Source: Chrysemys picta bellii (Eukaryota). Taken from it: DNA of 64,000 nt. The stretch is from NCBI RefSeq assembly GCF_011386835.1, contig NC_088807.1, positions 26,288,001-26,352,000 of the forward strand. The letters run 5' to 3'. Position 1 is the first letter of the stretch. Every line of letters starts with the position of its first letter. Below the pieces are notes generated by a model that was not told the origin of the DNA, made no database searches, and saw nothing but the letters and a program-made list of their open reading frames with translations. The position numbers and the translations under genes are program-made. Positions 39,601-50,401 of this stretch are shown piece after piece.

Positions 39601-42600
39601 GGTCTCCCCAGAGCTCAGCCAATTGCTCCTGTTTCCACAGCAACCATTTCCATGGCAGCGAGGTGTCAGGGTGATGTAATTGCTCCTCTCCATCAGCCCC
39701 TCCCCCACCCTTGGCTGTAGCCTGAGACCCCCCCCCCTCCCCCAGCCTCCCCAGGGAGCAAAGGCCGGGGAAGTGGAGACGCCCTGTGGAGAATCCACCC
39801 TGCCCCCCACAGCACTGCCGGTGCCCCTCACTCCCGACCCGCAGCCCCTGCCAGCCCGGCCCAGCCCCCCAGCCCCGCCCGTGCCCCTCACTCCCAACCC
39901 GCAGCCCCCCAGCCTGGCCCTGCCCCCCCATTGTTGATTGAACCCCCCCTCCCTGCTGCAGGCACCCCCCAGTGGCCCAAGGAGAAGGTTTCCCCATTGG
40001 AGGTGGAGGAGGGGGAGTCTGTCGTCCTGCCCTGCAACCCCCCCGCCAGTGCCATGCCCCCCAAAATCTACTGGCTGAACAGCCGTGAGTATCCGCTGCC
40101 AGGAGCGGGGCCCGGGGCCTGTCCCCTCTGGGGGCACCAGCTCCCATCCAGCCCCACAGCGGGGACTCAGGGGCACGGGGAGTGGGGTTGGGGGGGGCGC
40201 CGGCTCCCCCCTGACCCAGGGCGGGGACTGGCTGGTTCAGGGGCGCGAGTAGTGGGGTTGGGGGGGGCGCCGGCTCCCCCCTGACCCAGGGCGGGGACTG
40301 GCTGGCTCAGGGGCGCGGGGAGTGGGGCTGGGGGGGGCGCCGGCTCCCCCCTGACCCAGGGCGGGGACTGGCTGGTTCAGGGGCACGGGGAGTGGGGCTG
40401 GGGGGGGCGCCGGCTCCCCCCTGACCCAGGGCGGGGACTGGCTGGTTCAGGGGCATGGGGAGTGGGGCTGGGGGGGGCGCCGGCTCCCTCCTGACCCAGG
40501 GCGGGGACTGGCTGGTTCAGGGGCACGGGGAGTGGGGCTGGGGGGGGCGCCGGCTCCCTCCTGACCCAGGGCGGGGACTGGCTGGCTCAGGGGCGCGGGG
40601 AGTGGGGCAAGGGGGGGGCACCGGCTCCCTCCTGACCCAGGGCGGGGACTGGCTGGTTCAGGGGCGCGGGGAGTGGGGCTGGGGGGGGCGCCGGCTCCCC
40701 CCTGACCCAGGGCGGGGACTGGCTGGTTCAGGGGCGTGGGGAGTGGGGTTGGGGGGGGGCGCTGGCTCCCCCCTGACCCAGGGCGGGGACTGGCTGGTTC
40801 AGGGGCGCGGGGAGTGGGGCTGGGGGGGGCGCCGGCTCCCCCCTGACCCAGGGCGGGGACTGGCTGGTTCAGGGGCGCGGGGAGTGGGGCTGGGGGGGGG
40901 CGCCGGCTCCCCCCTGACCCAGGGCGGGGACTGGCTGGTTCAGGGGCGTGAAGAGTGGGGTTGGGGGGGGAGCGCTGGCTCCCCCCTGACCCAGGGCGGG
41001 GACTGGCTGGTTCAGGGGCGCGGGGAGTGGGGCTGGGGGGGGCGCCGGCTCCCCCCTGACCCAGGGCGGGGACTGGCTGGTTCAGGGGCGCGGGGAGTGG
41101 GGCTGGGAGGGGCGCCGGCTCCCCCCTGACCCAGGGCGGGGACTGGCTGGCTCAGGGGCGCGAGTAGTGGGGTTGGGGGGGGCGCCGGCTCCCCCCTGAC
41201 CCAGGGCGGGGACTGGCTGGCTCAGGGGGGCAGGGAGTGGGGCTGGGGGGGGCGCCGGCTCCCCCCTGACCCAGGGCGGGGACTGGCTGGTTCAGGGGCG
41301 CGAGGAGTGGGGTTGGGGGGGGCGCCGGCTCCCCCCTGACCCAGGGCGGGGACTGGCTGGCTCAGGGGGGCAGGGAGTGGGGCTGGGGGGGGCGCCGGCT
41401 CCCTCCTGACCCAGGGCGGGGACTGGCTGGTTCAGGGGCGCGAGGAGTGGGGTTGGGGGGGGCGCCGGCTCCCCCCTGACCCAGGGTGGGGACTGGCCGG
41501 CGCAGGGGGGCTCAGGGGGTGGGGAATGGGGCGAGGGCTGCGGGGAGCAGGGGGCGGGTTGAGCTCCGGTTTAACCCCTCGTTGCCCGGCAGGCATCGTA
41601 CACATTGCGCAGGACGAGCGGGTCAGCATGGGGCAGGACGGGTACTTGTACTTTGCCAACGTCCGGAGCTCGGACAGTCACCCCGACTACATCTGCCACG
41701 CCCACTACCTGGGCCCCCGCACCATCATCCAGAAAGAGCCGATCGAGCTGCGGGTCCGACCCAGTGAGTGGGGTGGGGGCCCCTCGGACCTGGGGGAGGG
41801 ACCTGCGGGGGGGGGCAGCCCTGAGTGGGGACCCTTGTGCCGGGAGGTATAAAGGCTTGGGGGGGGTGTCGATTTTCAGCGCAGCCCCAGGCATTGGAAC
41901 CCAGGCATCCGGGTGTATCTCCCAGGTGACCCCCCCCCAATCCATCCCTCGGTGTCGGGGAGGCCACTCCTCCCCCCGATCTCTTTGCTATTTCTGCCCC
42001 CCACCTCTCAGCAGGGATCCCCCCCCACCAATTTCTCGGCATCCGTTGGAGCACTCCTAGGGCTGTGCTATCCCTTTGGGGCCCCCCCGTGGCTCCTGCG
42101 CCCTCTGGGGGGTGGACTGGGGTCCTGGGGACCCCCCAGGTTTGGGGGTATCCGGCCAAATTGAGCCTGGTACATTGGGGGCCATTGCCCCCCCTCCCCA
42201 CCCCTCTGATGGACAGAGGGGGGTACACAGGGGCACATGGGGATGGACGGGGCAGTGTCACGGACTCACAGATCGTGCCCATGCTTGGCCCCGTGCGGTC
42301 CCTGGGGCGAACCCCGGTCAGAGGGACAGCCCTTCTCGGGGTCCCCTCTGTCCCAGGGGTCAGGCCCCTCCACCTCCTGGAGCCGCACCTCTCTGAGCCT
42401 TAGCACATCTGTCTCTGCCATGGGCCCCCCAGGGAGTCCCCTCGCTCTGGGGCCCCCCATCTCCCCGCTCCCAGAGTCAATAATGCCCCCCCCCCCCGTT
42501 CTCTAGCCCGGAGGGACACTCAGCCAGCGTCGCACAGGAGGGTTATCGAGCGTCTGACCCCAGCACAGGAAACTCTCAGGCCTCAGGCCTGGCCCCCCTC

Positions 42601-45600
42601 AGCCCAGCACATCCCAGTCTCCCCTGCATCCAGGGGGGCTCTGCCTGCTCCCCCTCTCCAGCCCCCTGCTCCCCAGCTGGGCATCAGATACCCCCGGCCC
42701 CAAGCCAGGGAAACAGGGTCGCCTGGTCCTCCTCTCCCCTCTTCTGTCCTCTGGCCCCCAGCAACACCCAGGGAAACTGAGTCCCACCCCCTCAGCATGC
42801 AAACCATTGGAAACCTCCCGCCACTGCTTGGTGCTGACCCCCTCCCTGTCTCCCCTGCAGCCAACTCAGTGAAGTTTCGCCAGCCCCGGATGATGGTGCC
42901 GCCCGGGGAGAGCAGCTCCCACGTCGCCCTGCGGGGTTCCAGCCTGGCCCTGGAGTGCATCGCGGAGGGCTTGTGAGTGGGGCGGGCGCTTGGGGGGCTG
43001 CGGGTTGAGGGCTATGAGGGTGGGTGTTACAGGGGCTGTGGGGGGGGGCCTGTTTGACCCCCCCAGCCCCATGCCAGCCCCCCTCTGCCCCCAGCCCCAC
43101 GCCCACTGTGGAGTGGATCCGTCTGAACGGCCCCCTGCCCGCGGAGCGCACGGCCCTGGAGAACTCCCAGAAAACTCTGCGGATCCGGGACGTGCTGGAG
43201 GAGGACGACGGGGAGTATCAGTGTATCGCCCGCAACACGCGGGGCACCGCCCGCCACATCTACACCGTCACCGTGGAAGGTACCGGCGGGGGCTGCGAGT
43301 CGGGAGTGAGGGGCACCCGTAGGGCTGGGGGGCAGGGCTGGGAGGCAGGGGGCTGCGGGTCGGGAGTGAGGGGCACTGGCAGAGCTCGGGGGCTGCGGGT
43401 CAGGAGTGGGGGGCACCAGTAGGGCTGGGGGGGCAGGGCCAAGCCGGCAGGGGCCGCGGGTCAGGAGTGAGGGGCACCAGCAGAGCTGGGGGGCAGGGCC
43501 GGGCCAGCAGGGGGCTGCGGGTCAGGAGTGAGGGGCACCAGTAGGGCTGGGGGGCAGGGCCGAGCCGGCAGGGGCCGCGGGTCAGGAGTGAGGGGCTAGG
43601 GGGCAGGGGCTGTGGGTCAGGAGTGAGGGGTACCAGCAGAGCTGGGGGGCAGGGCCAGGCCAGCAGGGGGCTGTGGGTCAGGAGTGAGGGGCACCAGCAG
43701 AGCTGGGGGGCAGGGCCGAGCCGGCAGGGGCCGCGGGTCAGGAGTGAGGGGCTAGGGGGCAGGGGCTGTGGGTCAGGAGTGAGGGGCACCGGCTCTCACC
43801 CCCCTTCCCCCCCCAGCCGCCCCCTACTGGGCACAGCAGCCCCACAGCCGGGTGTACGGCCCCGGGGAGAACGTTCGGCTCGACTGCTCCGTCTACGGGA
43901 AACCCAAACCCCGGGTGTCCTGGAGGGTCAACGGTGTCCCCTGGGGAGGTGAGAACGGGGGGAGGGGCTGGGTGGGGAGGGGGCGGGATGTGGGAGCGGG
44001 GACAGTGGGTGGGGCTGGGCAGTGGGCGGGGCGGGTCAGTGGGTGGGGGCGGGGTCGGTGGGCGGGGCCAGATAGTGGGTGGGACAGTGGGCGGGTTGGG
44101 GCCGGGGCAGTGGGCGGGGTTGGCAGGGACAGTGGGTGGGGGCCATGCAGTGGGCGTGGTAATGGGCGGAGCAGTGGGCGGGGGTGGGGCAGTGGGCGGG
44201 GCCAGGTAATGGATGGGGCAGTGGGCGGGGGCGGGGCAGTGGGCGGGACACGGGGCGTCTCTGCTGCCCCCCCAGCCGCATCTCGCCCCCAGAGCTGGCG
44301 CCGGACTCGGCGCGGACGCTGCGCTCGGGGGCCCTGATCCTCACTCAGGTGCAGCCCAACGACTCGCTGGTGACGCAGTGCGAGGCCGTGAACCGCCACG
44401 GCCGCTTGCTGGCCAACGCCTACATCTACGTCATCCGTGAGTGCCTGGTGACCGCCGCCCCGGCAACCACCCCTCATCCCCCCTAGCGACCGCTCCCTAG
44501 CAACCATCAATCATCCCCCAGCAACCACCACCCCGGCGACCGCCGCCTTGGCAACCAGCCCTAGCGACCGCCCACTAGCAACTGTCAATCATCCCCCTAG
44601 CAACCACCACCCCCAGCAACCAACCACTGGCAACTGGGCCTAGGTTACAGCTTCCTCATCCCCCTACCAGCCACCCCCGAGCAACCACCACCCCTGGCAA
44701 CCAGCCCAGCCCTGGCAACCGTCCCCCAGCAACCAGCCCTTGGCAACCGTCCCATCTCTGGCACCCTCTCCCCCAAGGGCAGCTCCCAGGGGCCCATCCT
44801 GCCAGGCATCCCCTGGGTGGGTGGGTTTGGGGGTGCAGGGGCGGGGATGGGTCCAGAGCCCCCCTTACCTCCCCCCCCTGCAGAGCTCCCGGCGAAGATC
44901 CTGACCCCGGACGAGCAGCGCTACGCCGTGGTGGAGAACCAGACGGCGTCCCTGGACTGCCAGGCCTTCGGGGCGCCCATGCCCAGCGTGGAGTGGTGAG
45001 GGGACCCCCCCGTGTGCGCGCTCCCTGCCCCCCCTGCACTGCTGCCCCCAGACACCACCTCCTTCCCTCTCACTTGCCCCCACTGTGTGCCCCCGGCGCT
45101 GCGAGCTTCCCCGCAGCAGTGCCCTGGGCAGGGTGCCAAGTGCCCCTGACACGCCCCCGCTGGCAGGTTCACCGAGCGGATGGAGCCGGCCCTGCAGGAC
45201 GAACGCGCCTTCGTCCACACCAACGGCACCTTGCACCTGAGCCGGGCCCAGCGCCAGGACACCGGCGCCTACGTCTGCCTCGCCCAGAACGACCAGAACA
45301 ACGTCACCATCAACGCCTGGCTTGAGGTCAAAGGTGGGGCCCCCGCGCCCCCCAGCATGCCGCGGGGCGGGCCGGGAAGGGAGGGGCTGAGGGGGGAGCA
45401 GGGCATGCTGGGAAGGGAGGGTCTGAGGGGTGGAGTTTGGCGGAAAGGGAGGGGCTGAGGGGGGAGCGGGGCAGAAAGGGAGGGGCCGAGGGGAGAGCAG
45501 AGAGGGCCGAGAAGGGAGGGGCTGGGGGCGCAGCAGGGCATGCTGGGAAGGGAGGGGCCGAGGGGGGGAGCGGGGTGGTCCAGGAGGGGCTGAGGGGGGA

Positions 45601-48600
45601 GCGGGCCGGGAAGGGAGGGGCTGGGGGCGCAGCAGGGCATGCTGGGAAGGGAGGCAGCCCGGGCGCTGCCCCCTGTCACCCCCAGTCCCGTCCCGTCCTG
45701 TCCCATCCCAGGCGCGACGCGGATCGTGCTGGGACCCCAAAGTGCTGTGGTGAAGAAATTCAGCAACGTGACCTTCCAGTGCCGGGCACGGTTCGACGAG
45801 ACGCTGCCGGAGCGCGGAGTCGAGTGGCGGCGGGACGGGCGCCTCATCCAGGAGTCGGACGACAGCGACAAGTGAGCGGGGAGCAGGCCCTGCTGGGGGA
45901 AGCTCACAGCGCTGGGACAGACCCCGGCTGGGGCACTGCTGGGGGAAGCTTGCAGCTCTGGGGGTGACTCCGCCTGGGGGCACTGCTGGGGGAAGGTCGC
46001 AGCGCTGGGGGGGACCCGGATGGGGCACTGCTGGGGGAAGGTCGCAGTGCTGTGGGGGACCCGGCTGGGGCACTGCTTGGAGGAAGTTTGCAGCACTGGG
46101 GGGGACCCGGCTGGGGCACTGCTGGGGGAAGCTTGCAGTGCTGCGGGGGACCCAGCTGGGGCATTGCTTGGGGGAAGCTCGCAGCACTGGGGGGGACCCG
46201 GCTGGGGCACTGCTGGGGAAGCTCGCAGCGCCAGGCTCACCTGCCCCCTCCCTTCAGGTACACCATCACACCCGGCTGGCTGCGGATCGCCGACGTGGAC
46301 TACACGGACCAGGGCGTGTACAGCTGCCGGGCGCACACGGCGCTGGACGCGGCAGAGGAGAGCGCCGAGCTGCGGGTGGTGGGTACGTCCCCGGGCGGGT
46401 GGCGCGGGGGGGGGCTGCCCGGGTCGGTTCTGACCCGTCTCTGCCCCCAGGCCGCCCCGGGCCGGTACTGGAGCTGCAGGTGTCGGAGCAGCAGGAGCGC
46501 CGCGTGAAGCTGAGTTGGACCCCGGGGGATGATCACAACAGCCCCATTGAAAGTAAGAAGGGGACCCCCCCGGTCCCCCAGATCCCGGGGCATCTCCCCC
46601 TCCCCCCCAGCCCCATTGCCTTTGCTGCAGCTCGGGACACTCCCTTCCCCAGGCCAGGCAGCGCTGGGGGGCGGGCAGTTCTGGGGGTTCCCAGTGGGAA
46701 TTGGGGGACTGGGCAGTTCTGGGGGGACTCGGGGCAGTTCCCGGTGGGAATTGGGGGACTGGGCTGTTCTGGGGGGACTCGGGGCAGTTCCCGGTGGGAA
46801 TTGGGGGACTGGGCTGTTCTGGGAGGACTCGGGGGACAGGCGGTTTGGGGGGTGTCAGAGGAGGGTCCGGGGGGTTCCGGGGGACTCAAGGGGGGCAGGC
46901 GCTTTGGGGGGTGTCGGGGGCCGTTCTGAGGGGCGGGCCGGGGGACTCCGGGCATCTCTCATCCCGTCTCCCCCCAGAGTTCGTGGTGGAGGCGGAGGAT
47001 GGGCTCCGGGACCCCGGCACCTGGCGGGACGTCAGCACCGTCCCCGGCCAGCAGCCCTGGGCCCGGCTGCACCTGGCGCCCTACGGCCACGTCCGCTTCC
47101 GAGTCCGCGCGGCCAATCAGTTCGGGCACGGCGAGCCCAGCGCCGCCTCCACCCCCATCCACACCAGCCCAGCGGGTATGGCTTGGGGGGCCCTGGGGCA
47201 GGGGCGTGTTGGGGGGCGGGGGAGGGGAGGGGGGAGATGTGTTGGGGGTGGGATGTTGGGGGGGAGGGGTGTTGGGGGCCAGGTGGGAGGGAGGAGTGGG
47301 GGTGGGGGAAAGGGGTGTTGGGGGGCAGGATGGGGGGAGGGGAGGGAGGGGAGGGTTGGGGGCAGGGTGGGGAGGGGGGAGCGGGGGTGGAGGGGAAGGG
47401 GTGTTGGGGGCAGGGAAGGGAGGGGGTGGTGTGTTGTGGGGTGGGATGTTGGGGGCGGGTCAGGGAGGGAGGGAGGGGGGGTCGGGGGCAGGGTGGGGAG
47501 GGGGGATTCCCCCACTCACTCTGTCCCTTTCCCCTCCAGCCCCCGAGCGTTACCCCGAGGGGGTGGCCGGCGAGGGGAACGAGACCGACAACATGCTCAT
47601 CACCTGGAAGGTAACATGTGGGGGGGTCCGGCACCCCACAGCCCCCCGATCCCCCCCCCACATCTGTCGGGGGGCCCGTGTTCCACGCGGCAGGGGGCTG
47701 TTGTCTCAGTGCGGGGGTGTTGTCCTGTGTTGTGTGGGGGTCGGTACAGGGAGGGGGAGGCGGGTGTTGCGGGGCAGAGACGCTGCTGGTTGCCGGGTGC
47801 TGGTGGCTCGCGCTGTAGCCAGGTTCAAGGGGTAGTTTCGGGAGGTTGTGTTACAGGGTGTGACAATGCGGTTCTGGCGGAACCCAACTGAGAGTGCCAA
47901 CTCAGGACAAATTGCACAAACAGGGCAGTTACAGCCCAAGGCTGGGGTTTTTTCCACCTCTAAGGCAAACCAAACCAGCCAGACTAAGAGGACTTCGGTC
48001 TCACCCCCTGGCTAACCGCAAGTCTCACAAGCAATCTCCTTAGACACTCCAGTTTCCCAGTATCACCACCAGTGCCACTCGTTATGGGGACAAATGGTTA
48101 TGAAAACCAATACCCCAGTAAAAGAAAAAGGTTCTCCTGATCCCAAAGGACCAAGCCCCAGACCCAGGTCAATATACAAATCAGATCTTACCCACAAATC
48201 ACGCTGGTGCCAATCCTTTAGAATCTAAAGGTTTATTCATAAAAGGAAAAAGATAGAGATGAGAGCTAGAATTGGTTACATGGAATCAATTCCATACAGT
48301 GATGGCAAAGTTCTTGGTTCAGGCTTGCAGCAGCGATGGAATAAACTGCAGGTTCAAATCAAGTCTCTGGAACATCCCCAGCTGGGATGGGTCATTCAGT
48401 CCTTTGTTCAGAGCTTCAGTTTGTAGCAAAGTTCCTCCAGAGGTATGAAGCAGGATTGAAGTCAAGATGGAGATGAGGCATCAGCCTTATATAGTCTTTT
48501 CCAGGTGTAAGAACACCTCTTTGTTCTTACTGTGGAAAATTACAGCAAAATGGAGTCTGGAGTCACATGGGCCAGTCCCTGCATACTTTGCTGAGGTACA

Positions 48601-50352
48601 AGGCGTATCTGCCTTCTCTCAATGGGTCCATTGTATAGCTGATGGTCCTTAATGGGCCATCAAGCAGGCTAGGCAGAGCTAATCTCAGCTTGTCTGGGAT
48701 GTCACCCAGCAGCATAGCCTAAGTGTGAAATACAGACAGTACAGAGCCAATATTCATAACTTCAACTACAAAACTGATACACACATATAGACAGAATAAT
48801 CATAACCAGTAAACCATAACCTTGTCCTAGACACCCCATTTGACCCCCTTTATACAAGATTTGGTGCCACTACAGGACCTTGGTTGCAACAATGATCTAT
48901 ATGGTCCCAGATTATATCAATAACGTCACACAGGGTCACTGGGGTGTTGTGCCCAGCGTGTCATGGTGACAGGGTTGTCGCTGCCCTTGGCGTGTGTGTG
49001 CCGTGTACCGTGGTAGTTACGTTGTAGCTCCTGCCAGGGGCGGGGGTGAGACGCCGAGTATCCCCCTGCCGTGTCGGCTGGTGGGGGGATCCCGGGTGCA
49101 CCCCACGTTGACCGCAGCCTTCTCGGCTCGCGCTCCCCTTCGGCCTTGGCCTTGCCCCACGACTTTGGCTGGTCCTGGGCTTTCTCTGGGGCCCCCCTGA
49201 GCCCCCAGCAGCCTGGCTCTGCCGTGGGCCCCTCGGGGCGTCCCCTCCTCTGGTCTCCAGGGCCCCGACCCCCAGAGGGAGCAAATCCCCTCCCTCCCCC
49301 CGATCTCCAGCCAGCAGGACTCGGCCAGCGTCAGTTGGGGGGTCATTGGACGTCTGACCCCCCGCCCAGGCCTGGCCTGGCCTGGTCCCCAGGGGCTCCG
49401 GCCACGTCTTGTCCCCGCCAGCCCCCCCCTTCCAGCCCCAGGTAAACAGGCCACCTACCCGCCCCCCCCCCGGCTGGAACCGGGCCCCTCAGCCCCTTTC
49501 CCCCACTGGCCAGAACCGGCTGCACCCGAGCTGGGGGGGCCTCCTGGGCACCAGTCGCTGGGTCCCCCGTCTGCAGGCCTCAGCGAGCGACCCGGCTCCA
49601 CCCCGCCCCACTTCTTCCCGCTCCATCCCCACCCCCATTCCAGCCCCTCCCTCAAGCCCCCGCCCCGCCTCTCTCCGGCTTCTGCCCCCTGGCCCGAGCG
49701 GCACCGGGAGCTGGCAGAGTGGGGCAGGCTGGGGCCGGGCCCCCCGCTAACCTCCCCGGCCGCCCTGGGCCCCACGGCCCCCCGAAGCACAGGGTCTGGG
49801 GCAGCTCTGCTTGGACCCGTTCTGGGCACCACCAAAACCGGTACAAACCTGGCCCCCCTGGGTGGGACCCACGTCGCCAAGCTGGCGTCAGGTGCTGGAC
49901 GCACTGCCACGGCAAAGGGAAGAAGCCGGCTACCGCCGGGGTGTGGCAGGCGGCCGTGGTCTCGTGCCCCCCGATGACACTGGAGACCCACGCAACAGCC
50001 ACCCGCCTACGGACGTCTGATGGAGCCTCCCCCAGGGCCGGTTGTTGGTCGACAGGGCCGGCTGTTGAGTTGTCCACCCAGCAATCGACGGTGGCTCTTC
50101 TTGGCTGGGGGTTGTCGACCCCCAGGGAGTGACGCCATGGAGCTGTGTGGTACCTCCCATGGGGTGGGGGGTCACAGGATTGTCACACCGTGTGTGTGTT
50201 ACAGACACTCACACTGCTTCCTCACACGGTGTTGGTTATGCTGGGGGGGGGTGAGTGTGAGAGACAATGTAGTTGTGTTGTCGCTCATATGTTTTACAGA
50301 GTAGTAATGTTGTAGCTGACACTGTATTTTACAAGGTAGTTTGTAGTTCATG

Positions 50353-50401
<49 letters not shown>

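Larger units (their letters stand above)
31095..45874. repeat. Duplicated segment, copy B
   Basis: Begins GATTGGTGGTGGGGGGG, matching 16140, and tracks copy A with SNPs, homopolymer indels and VNTR length differences. Confidence 0.97.
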
